A stretch of DNA of 64,000 nt from Octopus sinensis (GCF_006345805.1 NC_043012.1:14508001-14572000), one strand, 5' to 3'; positions 12,426-24,539 are shown, counted from the first letter of the stretch. The notes: generated by a model from the sequence alone, not told the origin. Numbers and translations are program-made.

Positions 12426-12510
<85 letters not shown>

Positions 12511-13212
12511 CTGTCAATTTTGTAAAAATTCATGTAAATAATCTAAACTTAGAAAAGAAATTTGGATAATAATCGTACTGAAGTAATTTTCACAAGTTAT
12601 TTTGATAGGAATTTTGGATGATGAATACCACTTAATCCGTTTTTACATTGATGGTTTGAGATCTTGTGTGAATTTTCAATTTCCTGTAAGATGTTATTAT
12701 TCACCAAACGTAATATATTATTGTTTTTTTTATGCGAACATTCATATTTTGAAGTATAGAGATTGAATACGGATTTTGAAAATGCCAATATAAACATATC
12801 TTCAGGCTTACCCGCATCTAACAGGTTACAACACGAGGTATTCATTAATTCCTGCACAGCAGCAAACAGACGAACTCTGGGATATACTCACACACATATA
12901 CAAATACACATACACAAGCACACATATACTCCAGTACGCACACAAACACGAACACACACGCGCGCACGTACACAAACACAGACACACAAACACATGCATA
13001 CACACGGAAAATCATATACGCCCACGCTCGTACAAATAAACATGTACAAGAATGGGGGAAACCACGATATATTCTGTTTTGAAAATGTATGCATAAAGGT
13101 CGTTTCTTAGAGTTTTATATAGAATCACATCTTACTTCCTCTCTTACTCTTTCTCATCCTCTGCCTATAAATCTTCCAAACACACAGAAACACACGAACG
13201 TGCGCTTTTAAG

Positions 13213-13255
<43 letters not shown>

Positions 13256-13489
13256 GTTTCTTTATTGGCCACACAGGGCTGCACACAGATGGGACAAGTT
13301 ACAAGGTAGAGCTTTTCTTTTGGTGGATGAAAAAAACAAAAAACAAAAGAAACAAAAAAAAAGGGGTGGCGTAGGTTTTCGATCAAGAGGGATCGTAAAA
13401 GGGAAGAAAAGAACAAAAATAAATAAATAAATAAAATACAATAAAAATAAAAAAAGAAAAGGAAAAGGAACAAAAGAAAAGAGAAATGA

Positions 13490-13578
<89 letters not shown>

Positions 13579-14928
13579 AATATTGTTTAAAGGTTTTAGA
13601 CAATTGGTTTAAAATCCAAAATTTAGGCTAATACACATTTCATCAATGTCGATTCGCAAAACGTTAATGTCTGTGGTGATATAACCATAATGCAGGTGTA
13701 TATGTGTATGTACAAATAGAGAGATAGAAAGGGAGAGAAAGAGAGAGAGAGAATTCCTCTGGTGTCGCTGAGAATTCGATCTGGTGTCGCTGAGCAACTA
13801 ATATTTTTGGGCAACACAAAATGACCTGTCATGACTTTAAGTCGCATGGAGGCTGATCAAACTGTTTCAGAAAATGCATGTAACTCCTTCTAAATGTGTT
13901 GAGTGCTCTTTGCTTTTCTTTGCCCACTGATTCGTATGTGTGTGTGTGTTTGATATAGATACACACACACACACATATATATATGTGTGTGCGTGTGTGT
14001 AGAAGATTGAAAAGGAACATTCGAGTTGATATGTATAAGGAAAATAAGACAAGGTAGAAAAGGCTAAAATAATTTTATCATGAAGAACATTTTAATGCCG
14101 GTTTCAGTCTTTGCGACATTTTCAACTTAAGAGTAAGGCATGAAAAATAATTAAATTGTGTAAAAATTTAATGAAACGGTTTTTAAAAAATATTTCCATA
14201 GTTTTCAAATGCAAAAACATTTTCCTTTTTTCTTTCTCTCTCTCTCTCTCTCTCTCTCTTTCACTCTTGTGAGGGCTTGGTAGCAGATAATAGCAGTCCT
14301 AATATTTGATATGAGTTCTTGGTTTTGATTGTTTAAGCAGCAGTAGTAGCTGACGAAGGAGGCGGCGAAGCAGAAGAAGAGGAGGAGAAGAAGAAGAAGA
14401 AGATGAAGAGGGGGTAGGAAAAGAAGAGAAAGAATACTAAAAATGCGTAGGTGGTATAACAGTAGTAGGATGTTGGTGGAATCCTCTTAAATGGTCAAGT
14501 GACCTAAAAGTGGACCATTGTGGTTGTAATAGTAGTGACTAGAATTGTTCTGAATAAATTCATGAGTAGTGACTGTTCTGAACATATCGTTTTTAATATG
14601 TGCGTGAGCATTATTCTGAGGCCCTTTCAACGTTTTACGATGAAAAACAACTTCACATGTGCTTCAAAGAACCCAATATCTGTATTAACATGACTGCAAT
14701 AAATAGGCCAAACCCAAAAACAGTCTACATCAAAGGATGGCGTTACATAAATACCAGATCAAAATTAGGGAATACAGAAAAACAGCATTCAGCCAACACA
14801 TCGACATTCGTGCCACTAACAAACAACCCAGTTTCAGAAATTTTCCCGTCTATAAATTCAGGGGCGATGCAACCTGTAGTCAGCGCATATGTATATATAA
14901 GTGTGTGTGTGTGTGCAACCTGTAGTCA

Positions 14929-14971
<43 letters not shown>

Positions 14972-15168
14972 TGAATAAGACAGAGTCAACAAAAAGGAGT
15001 ACGATTAGATAGTTATTTCATAGATATGTGTATAAGGTAACCACAAAGTTAATATTCGTTGGGCTAATTTTACATCCGAATATAGAGGATAATTCGAAGG
15101 TGTATCTTAAAACAGGCAAATGATAACAGAGTGATGATATAAATATCCAATCTAAGTTCACTTATCTA

Positions 15169-15480
15169 TTAGGTTGGCAACTAACTTCGCGCCGTTTTTT
15201 TTTTAACTTTAATTTTTTAAAAGGTTTAATAAAACATAACAGCTAATTAATCAATGACGTATTCACCCTTGTTGTTTACAACTTCTTCCCAGCGTTCAAC
15301 AAGACTTTCAACACCTCGTTGGTAGAAATCACGCGATTTCGACTCGAAAAATTGATCCAGTCAAGCTCACAATTCTGCATCAGTATTGAACGAAACTCCG
15401 CGCATAGCATTTGAAAGAGTTGGAAATCCGTTGGCGCCAAATCAGGAGAATATGGCACGTGTAGTAACACTGCGCAAATA
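15169..15480 (-). mobile_element. Mariner (Tc1/mariner) transposase 3' remnant with TIR
   Basis: HVPYSPDLAPTDFQLF, then after a frameshift FFESKSRDFYQRGVESLVERWEEVVNNKGEYVID*. TA-flanked end TTAGGTTGGCAAC. Confidence 0.9.
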
Positions 15481-15864
15481 TCTCCTCCGAGTAAAACCAC
15501 TTATAGAAGAGAATATGACCAAAGACTGCGTGTACTCCATCCCATGCAGCTGTGGTAGGTTATACAAAGGCGAAACATATCACACACACACCCTCAAAAT
15601 AAGGGTAGACGAGCATCGCAAAGCTATGACACGAGGAAATATTGATAAATCGGGTATAGCTGATCATGTATGAAAAATGGAGACCACCTCCCCCTGTGGG
15701 ATGAAGTTAAAATAATAGACAGAGAACACCACTGGAAAATGCAAAAGCTAAAAGAAACAGCACCTGTGCTGGGGCACAACAGCCTCCTAAGCAGACCAAG
15801 TGTAGATATGAATGACATATGGGAACCGGTATTAAGGAAGGATAGGAAAATATTAGATTTATAA
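15480..15864 (+). mobile_element. Penelope-like element, GIY-YIG endonuclease C-terminal fragment (one internal stop)
   Basis: Translates to VYSIPCSCGRLYKGET...LKIRVDEHRK...KSGIADHV*KNGDHLPLWDEVKIIDRE...KE, the PLE-type GIY-YIG signature. Confidence 0.85.
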
Positions 15865-15886
15865 CCCCTAAAATTCACTCCATAAA

Positions 15887-16020
15887 TGCCCACGGGCATA
15901 TGGTGTAGTAGTTAAGAGCGCGGGCTACTAACCCTAAGATTCCGAGTTCAATACCTTCGAAATTTCCCCAAGATACCTGATGAAGGCTGGAGGATATATC
16001 AACAAACAAGATGAGGACAA
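15887..16020 (+). mobile_element. tRNA-like head plus truncated hammerhead tail, directly after the Penelope ORF stop
   Basis: A-box-like TGGTGTAGTAG, B-box-like GAGTTCAATAC, then CCCAAGATAC-CTGATGAAGGCTGG. The GAAA segment is deleted in this copy. Confidence 0.75.
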
Positions 16021-16999
16021 AGATTCTGCCAGCTTACCATCTTAGTACATTAGAAAGGCAAAGTTAACCGCGGTGGAATTTGAACCCAGAACGTAATAAA
16101 TCGGATAGATGCAGCTAAGTATACCGTCTCGGCCAGCTCACAGCATTGATGTGTGTACGTGTGTGTGTGTGTATTATTAATGCCAAACAAAAGAAATAAC
16201 AAAATCGTGCTGTAGAATTTACTTATGATCATTGTATAAATAGAATAAAAAGATGCTGAATGGTATGTAAATATGATGCTAGTTACTCTCTAAGTGGCCA
16301 TTTGATGATAAATCATTCGGTTATACACAAAAAAATATAAGTGAAAAACAAAACAGTATTAATTAAAAATAATTTTGAAAAACCCAAATGAAACTGTGTT
16401 GAAATGGTGTATTATTTAGAAGTGTCTGCATATTAAGAAGAATATTTTAAATGCTGCCCAATATCAGCGGTTTGAACGGAAATGGCGTCAGTTGTTGAAG
16501 AGACGAAACGGAAAGTCTACACAGACGAAAATAGAAAATGGATTATTTTAATAAAGACGTGTATGTGTGTGTACACCCACGCGTGTAGGTATGCGTGTGT
16601 GCCCGTGTATGTTTAATGCATGTATTATATTTGTTAGAATAATTCATTTTCCATATTTGAGTTTGCAGACTTTCAGTTTTGCTTCTCAAGTAATCGACGC
16701 CATTCGCAACCAGACAGATAATATCGTGAATCGTTCGAAAACCATTCCTCTAATTCATAGACTCTTCCCAATAATAAACCATTTCAATTCAGTTTAATTT
16801 CTATTTCTTAACATGAACTTCAATTAATATTCTTTTGTTTTTCACATATGTTGTACTTTTTTAATCTACCGAATTGTATCAAATTAATTTTTATCTTCAA
16901 ATGGCTACCTAAAGAGTAAATTGTGTGTGTTTGTATGTATGTAAGTCGACAAAAGGCAGAAAAAGATACTCGACATATTTCTTCTTTCTTCGCCCTTAT

Positions 17000-17295
17000 T
17001 CACGCCTAGCCAAGCTCATGGGACCGGTTTCCTGGTTTCTGTGGCGTATGTGTTCTCCCCAGCTGGATGGGACGCCAGTCCACCGCAGCGTTACTCAAGA
17101 AACAGGAAGAGAGAGTGAGAGAAAGTTGTGGCGAAAGAGAACAACGGGGGTCGCCAACATCCCCTGCCGAAGCCTCGTGGAGCTTTTAGGTGTTTTCGCT
17201 CAATAAACACACACAACGCCCGATCTAGGAATCGTAACCGCGATCTTCCGACCGCGAGTCCGCTGCCCTAATCACTGGACCATTGCGTCTTCACA
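17000..17295 (-). mobile_element. tRNA-derived SINE group C
   Basis: Homologous to 40872-41158. Confidence 0.8.
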
Positions 17296-17649
17296 CTCGA
17301 CATATTTACTAGGAGTTATTTATATTATTATTTAAAACAATTTGATTCGGCTTCATGCGACTTAAAGTTTCCTAGGCTTCTAACATAAGCCTGACTTGCT
17401 CAGGCTTAAAACACCGAATAGAGAAACACGGGTATCAAGATGGCTACTGGAGAAATAGGCTGCTATTGGTCCAATATATTGTGTTTTCCGATTAAGCTGT
17501 TTCTCCTTTGTGTGCACATCACTGGTTGTACATGCTCAGCAAGACTATCCAAACATTATACATATATATACTTCAGTTCTATATTTAAGAGATGAGGAAT
17601 TATGTATATTATTTACATTTGACGGATATGTGTCATCTTGTTTGTTGTT

Positions 17650-17695
17650 AACACAACGTTTCGGTTGATATACCCTCCAGCCTTCATCAGGTGTC
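17650..17695 (-). ncRNA. Minimal type-I hammerhead, same family as 5329
   Basis: GACAC-CUGAUGA-A-GGCUG...CAACC-GAAA-CG-UU-GUGUU, with one stem II mismatch. Confidence 0.7.
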
Positions 17696-17772
17696 TTGGG
17701 AAAATTTCGAACATGGGTTCTCATTCCTAAGGTATTTTTCGATATTACTTATTATTATTATTATTATTATTG

Positions 17773-18292
17773 AGTGAGAGAGCAGTTTATGCCATCAAAG
17801 TGACACTGGGGTAAAATATACGAAGCCCAATATACCCACCATGACTACCCGTCGGATAAGGGTACACCAGGCACATGCATCACAACCATATGTGCGCGAC
17901 ATGGTGATCTCATATCAAGATAAACAGCACATGACATTGCAGGTTGGGCCCAGTTAGAATTTTCTTCAGGTTGAGTAGCCCATCCCGCTCAAAAGGTCCC
18001 TGAATAAGGGTTGTTTAAGGATGTTGAAAGAACCACTCATGTTTCCAGAGATGAATTATTGAAACCCCAAAGAATCCCTCTCAACACATGGCTATGATGC
18101 TCCCCCACTACTTCTGCTCGTGATCAGAGATGCACATATCATCAGCCACTAAGGGACATGCTCAACTGGTTATGGTCAAACAACTGACAAGCAAATCTGT
18201 GGTATTGAGCAGAATATTTGCTGTAACTCATCTTTTATACCAAGACAAAACAATGTTCATGATAACACCTCCAATCAGTTAAGATCAGAAGC

Positions 18293-18295
<3 letters not shown>
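17773..18295. mobile_element. Unclassified approx. 520-bp insertion in an (ATT)n tract
   Basis: Splits the host element, with ATT repeats on both sides. No second copy in the window and no recognisable ORF. Confidence 0.55.
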
Positions 18296-18348
<53 letters not shown>

Positions 18349-18599
18349 TCACTGCCTGGAATCGAACTCGGAATCTTGAGGTTAGTAGCCTGTGCTCTTA
18401 ACCACTATGCCATATACCCGTGGGCATATAGCATAATGGCTAACAGCGTGGGCTACTAACCCCAAGCCCTTCAGGCAATGTCGATTTAATAGAAGGGATG
18501 AGCTAATTGTGCGGCCCGAACATTTGATCACTATAAGCACATAATTTGTGGAGGTCGTTCGGCAAAAGGTGAACTTCCTTGGGTCTTTCCTTTTTCTAT

Positions 18600-18634
18600 G
18601 TTTCTGAAGAAGAGCTCCGCTCGAAACGTTAAAT
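18600..18634 (+). ncRNA. Minimal type-I hammerhead motif
   Basis: GUUU-CUGAAGA-A-GAGC(UCC)GCUC-GAAA-CG-UU-AAAU. Canonical core, weak 4-bp stem I. Confidence 0.6.
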
Positions 18635-18732
18635 CCTCCTTCTTTCTTTCCTTTCCTGAGCGTCCAATAACGCTATCCTTGTTCCACGTCCTCACGTTGT
18701 TGTGTTTTCTTTTTTGTTTTCATGTTTGGATT

Positions 18733-18784
<52 letters not shown>

Positions 18785-19393
18785 GTGCAGAAGAATTACA
18801 ATATGTGATAATATTCTTTCACACTCTCTCACTTCAGGAATATCCTTGCATGTAAAGCTTGCGGAAATCTTTTACAAAACTTTCACTGCACACTATTATC
18901 ATACACTTTCTCTGTTTTACATCACCATCGTACAGACTGCTGGAAATGTAACTCATTAGTATTGTTGTAAATGCTAGTCACAGATAACTTCTATTTGGCT
19001 ATCTACATAAATATTATTGAAACAATATTTTTTAAAAATATACGCAGCTAAAAATCATACCTCACCATAGCTATTCAGGCAACACATATGAATACAGTGT
19101 TTTCACCTATTGTGGATCAAGAGAGATAAGAAATGTGCTTTGCTGGAAGCACATTAATATTTTATAGAAGACTGAATTATGACCTTTCCTTTCTTACCCT
19201 CATCGCATTCATCTATGAACTGCTGCTTCTCATAAACACACGCACGCACACACACACAGGTATATACTCCTACGCCTAAGAAATACAATTATGCATAAAA
19301 ACTCTAATATTCTCAGTTAGAATTTATGAGTGATGTGTCTGTGTGTTTGTGTTTTCTCTCTTACAATTTGAATAGAAAACTGGAGACCAACGT

Positions 19394-19455
<62 letters not shown>

Positions 19456-19869
19456 CTGCTAACAATCCCACAAACCATGTAGCTTTGATTCTAAATTGAG
19501 CTAATATCAGTTCACTTCATGTTTTCCGTGATTTCCGACTATATTCCAATAGTTCAAGTTGTGGTAGACGCTGTCGGTTTCTACTTATTCTCCACACATT
19601 ACGTGGAGCCGAAGCCCTTACCAACAATCCAACGTTTCTTTTAGAAACATATTCTAGTACTTTCCAGTGCGAGATGTTTCAGCTGTTGTTGATGGTTTTG
19701 TTGTTTATTATCGTTATGTTTTTGCCGTTGCTTTAATTTGTTTCTTACAAATAGATTCCCGGTAACACGTTGTCCTTGAGCAAGACAATTTACTTCATGT
19801 CACTCCAGTCCACTTATTTGATAAAAATGACTAGTACCTGTATTTCAAAGGGTCACCCTTGTCACATTC

Positions 19870-20095
19870 TATTTCTTTATTACCCACAAGGGGCTAAACA
19901 TAGAGGGGACAAACAAGGACAGACAAACGGATTAAGTCGATTAAATCGACTCCAGTGCGTAACTGGTACTTAATTTATCGACCCCGAAAAGATGAAAGGC
20001 AAAGTCGACCTCGGCGGAATTTGAACTCAGAACCTAACGGCAGACGAAATACGGCTGCGCATTTCGCCCGGCGTGCTAACGTTTCTGCCAGTTCA
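19870..20095 (-). mobile_element. SINE group A, near full length
   Basis: High identity to 29895-30130 and 34058-34290. tRNA-like B box GAGTTCAAATTCC. Confidence 0.9.
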
Positions 20096-20589
20096 CCTTG
20101 TCACATTCTGTGTCATGCTGAATCTCCCTGAGAACTACTTTAAGGGCACACGTGTCTGTGGCGTGCTCAACCACTTGCTCATTAATTTCACGAGCATTCA
20201 TTTTTGTTGTCACAGTTTTTGACATTTTGAAATTAAGTGAAAATTTTCAAACTTGTTATGAAAATGTAATTTTTCACGCTGAATCGGATTTTGTTATTCA
20301 CTTGTTCCATAGAAATTTTAGGAAAATTCTATAGCGGTTTAAATCTCGATAACTTTTACCTAATCAGCAAACAGGATTTAGAAGCTGACATTTTGTGCGT
20401 GAGAGCTGTCTTTCACAAGATTACGACGACAAACTTATAAGAAGTTTTGAAGATTTAATAAGTTTTAATGAATAAAGTCATGTGAAATGTTGGAACACGC
20501 ATGTAAAGAATATGTAGACCATTTCATGCACAGAAGAATCAATGATATTGACTGTATGGTAATGTTGGTAAAGAACAAGGTTGATTTTG

Positions 20590-20935
20590 TCGAGCCTTTC
20601 TCTCCTGTTGTTCAATTTCTTCCTTTTCCTTTCTGGTAGCTTCGAAGATTTTGGTTCCTATGATGATGGATCACCGCATCTTGGTACGGTCTCAGACTTA
20701 TGTTTCAAATTATTTAGGCTAGGTTCAGTGGCTTTTAGTATTCTTTTGAGTTGGTCTTTCTATCTTCGAAGAAGCTATCCCCGTGGTTCTGTCCTTGAAG
20801 TGAGCTCGCTGAATAAGACTTGGTGCAGGAACTTTGACTCTTCCATTTTTGCAACATATGCTGACCATTGAAGAGTGTTTCGTGATCAGCGATTCGATGC
20901 TTTGATAGTTGGCTCTTTCCAGAACTTTCTTGTAT
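20590..20935 (-). mobile_element. RTE/BovB-like LINE, degenerate C-terminal fragment
   Basis: KVLERANYQSIESLI...QWSAYVAKMEESKFLHQVLFSEL...RG*...KDQLKRILK, with stops and a frameshift. Confidence 0.75.
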
Positions 20936-23900
20936 AATTCTATATCTAAAAGATATGGAAATTTAATTTCTCATTTTAAAGATATCCAAATTTGAATAAC
21001 TAAATTTGTGAATATTGTAAATATCCAAATTTGTGTAATATTACATTCATGGTAGTACATGAAAATAGATTTTAAATAATAGAAATATATTTATAAAATT
21101 TATTAGCAACGAAGCACGAACAGAAGATCTCCGACGTTTGTCGCTGAGAATCCTTGCTCCGCCACTGGTTCGGAATAATTAAATGACTGCAAGATCACAA
21201 TCCCAATAATGTCATTCTCATGGTTTCGTAAAATTAAATAACAGCAATTCGGTTTTTCTTTCTATTGGACTAAAAATATGGGAAAAGATAGAGCGCTTTA
21301 TTTACAGCTGAGAAGCTACGTTTAAGTTAAGTTCATAAGTGCCAAAAAGGTATTCGTCACTAAACTGGTCGTTTGTATTTGAAGAATTTAGACTTGTGGG
21401 ATTTAGGTTAGAGCTGCTTTTCATGGATGAATCATTTAGTCATCTTAGTCATCACTCGGGTATTCATTCGATCGACCATCTTTGTTTTGATTTTTTTTTT
21501 AAGTAACTCTAAGAATACCAACAACAACGATCATAAAGATGCCAGCGGGAAAAGCTGCTACTAGTGGTCATCTGATCTGCTGAAAATAGCAGCTAAATAT
21601 CCTAAAGACTATAATCAAGCGTCTTAGATAAGAAATACATTGAGAAATGTAATAAGAGGTACATTATATCTAAAGAAAACTAATAAATGGCCGTGGTTGG
21701 AATTCTTTTCAGTATAAGTTTGTTCAATCAGAACCGACTTAGGAATAAATAAAAACGATCAAAAGAGTTATATTATTTTGACAAGCACGAATGCATAAAC
21801 GATGCTACACGTATTTTTAGCTGTTTGTTTTTATTTGTCAAAACGACACCAGCAGATTGTTTTTCCCTGATCCGTATTTCTTGATTTATGCACCTCTAGC
21901 TAACTTTTTTTTCTTTTAGAAATGTATTTGATTTGGTTTTATTTGTAATAAGGTGAAAGTTTGTATTGTAAATTGTGTAATCTTGCGGCAACACTGGGAT
22001 TCATTGTTAACATGCAGGCTTTAAGAGCATGCAACTAATTATAGCAGTTACAGACGAACTGACGAACATCGGCCAATAAAATCATTAATCATACATATGG
22101 CATATGAAACAGTATTGATCGGTTGGTTGGTTCGCTTTTTGTAAGAACTGGTGAAAGCTCACGAGAGAGAACAACGAGCCAATGCAAAAGATCACTAAGC
22201 AGTTTGATCGACCTGCTAAAAACACCAGCCAAATCTACTTTAAATCATATCCTGCTGTCTTATAAAACAAACGGTCACGTTGGTTAACGTCGTCGTAAAT
22301 ACACTGCGTGGGGTTAAATAACAGCTGAGGAAAGTAATTAGTTACGATCATGGATAACACAATCTGTTGCAATGTGGCTATTTCTGCCACGAGTTCAATC
22401 AGAAGAGAGAAATACAACTTTAATTGCATATTTGATGGAAGAGACTATTTCTAAATGCTTCTAACTATCTATTGTCTTTAAGGCAGTAATTAATAAGCAT
22501 AAGCGGAGAATTAAGTACACTGACATTTCAGTTCCGCACAAATGGTTGGCACTTTGATTAATCGTGTATACCGCAGTCGAAATCCTGTCAAATTGTGGAT
22601 ATCGCAGAATGTAGCTTTTGCCGATGGTAAATATTACAAAATAGAATTGATGACGGTTTAGAAACTGTCAAAGTTTCTCTGTGGGTTTCAATTAATGATG
22701 TGGTAAAGAAAAACTTTAAACACCTAATCAAACGAGATAACTTTTATAAAGCTCTATACACCAGCTCACAATGTCAAATCTCTCAGCAAAATCTCTATCT
22801 TTAAAATGAGAAATCAAATTTGTTGTATCTTGAGAGTTTGTTGATACTAATGATAGCCATCTTATGCTTCACCTGATTGATTATTCTGCAGCACGAATCT
22901 ATTCAACAACAATACCAACGATAATTGTCTTTAAACAAAATAAGGACACGAGGCAACCTCGTCACCTTTAATTTTAAAATATCTCTCATACTAAACACTA
23001 CAACAATGCCAATATTTCCAATTTCCCAGTTAGTGAACAAGTGTTTAGCTATAATTTCATGAAAAAAAATTAAGATATGATGCTGTTCTATCGCAAGTAA
23101 CATTCCCACGTAATCTGGTACTTATTTCCAAAAGTTAGATAACTCAGGTATATATAATTGATCGCATTGAACATACAGTCAGCATTTCTATTATAGAGGA
23201 CTTGAACTAAAAGTCGACCAGCTGGTATCAATAAAGACGAACTTACCACATTTATAACATTCATCAGAGGATAAAGTCCATGATGAATTCCAATAAGAAT
23301 AGATAGGGCAAAATGTATAGTTATCTGTATGTCTGAGGTACTAAACATGTAGGTTCATCATAAGGTATTCGATCTGCTAACCGTATGATACGAATTTATT
23401 GAACGCTGGCAATTTCTGAACACTGCATTTGATAGTCGATCTCTGACTATTTCTATCAAATAATCAAACTCGAGATAATTGTCTTTATTTTTGATAATGG
23501 AACGCAAGTCTGAAATAACATCCAACAGAGCAGTCTTAATTAACAAACACTCTGTGAAAGAAAACATCTTTCCTGATTCCTACAATAGTAAGTATATTAA
23601 AAGCCATCTCTGCGTATTAGTTTACCTATATTTAGTTTAATGCTCTATTCCTGGTTTATTTTTACATTAACGAACACAAAGAGTCTTAAGCAATTTCTTT
23701 ATTCATAAGGTGGTCAAGATAATTGCTTTCCTCAGACAAATTCGATCTATCTTTGCCAAATGAAAACAACGAACGTTATAAATTACTTGAATGGTTTATG
23801 CCAAAATATGACATCGTATTTTGTTGTAGATAAAACTTTACCTGCACTTGGTATTTAAGTATGAAGAAAAGAAATTTGTTCCTAAAATATATGTATGCGC

Positions 23901-24090
23901 TCGCGTGTGCGTGTGTGTGCATGAGTGTGTATATATATATGCTCAGACACACATATATACATACCTATATGTATGTAAACATATTTATACACAGCTGTAT
24001 TTATGTTAAGAGAAATGTTGACGACAGCTTTATAGCTTGTTTTATTATTATGCATATTTTTATATATTTTTCACTTATTTTAAATGACAG

Positions 24091-24264
24091 GAGACCCCAA
24101 TGGTTATATCTGACTCGGATCATAATGTTGCCTTCCAAGCTGTAAAATTCCAGCTGAGCGGAAATAACAGTGAATTATTTGACATTAATTCTGTCTCTGG
24201 AGAAATCACAGTAAACACACCTGGTTCTATTGACTGTGAAACACGTCCTCATTTCAATTTAACA
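24091..24264 (+). CDS. Cadherin-superfamily gene, exon type A (ETPMVISDSDHN...SIDCETRPHFNLT), phase 0-0
   Basis: Acceptor TAAATGACAG|. DxD motif, F-x-I-x-x-x-S-G-E-I and DCE (DRE-like) motifs. 174 nt. An in-frame join to the next exon needs the donor |GCAAGT. Confidence 0.88.
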
Positions 24265-24539
24265 GCAAGTATATTTTTATTTTAATTGTAGTGGTTTAAC
24301 GTATTTCATTATTTAACTTCACTTCTGAAAGAAAAGATTCCATCGTAAAAAACACAACTTGGTGTAGTCTATAAATATAATAGTTATTGCCATCATCATC
24401 ATCATTATCATCATCATTATCATTCGCAGTGTTTGCTTCTTCTTGACACAGATTCATAAAGGAAGTGGTTTTGATGACTGCATCCACCGCGATCCATAAA
24501 ATATGTTGTCTGCCACAAAGGACTGAAAGACAAAATACG

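Larger units (their letters stand above)
17574..18428 (-). mobile_element. tRNA-head/(AAT)n/hammerhead unit, interrupted by an approx. 520-bp insertion
   Basis: Head at 18345-18428 and HHR tail at 17574-17745 both match 54979-55301. Foreign sequence sits within the (ATT)n linker. Confidence 0.8.

Noticed and set aside
12597-12857. - strand ORF with a possible short exon (ELMNTSCCNLLDAG)
   Set aside because: Short, no homology cue, and no linkage to the 2663 exon demonstrable.
14600-14971. 123-aa + strand ORF
   Set aside because: No domain motif, no convincing splice sites, and it ends in a microsatellite.
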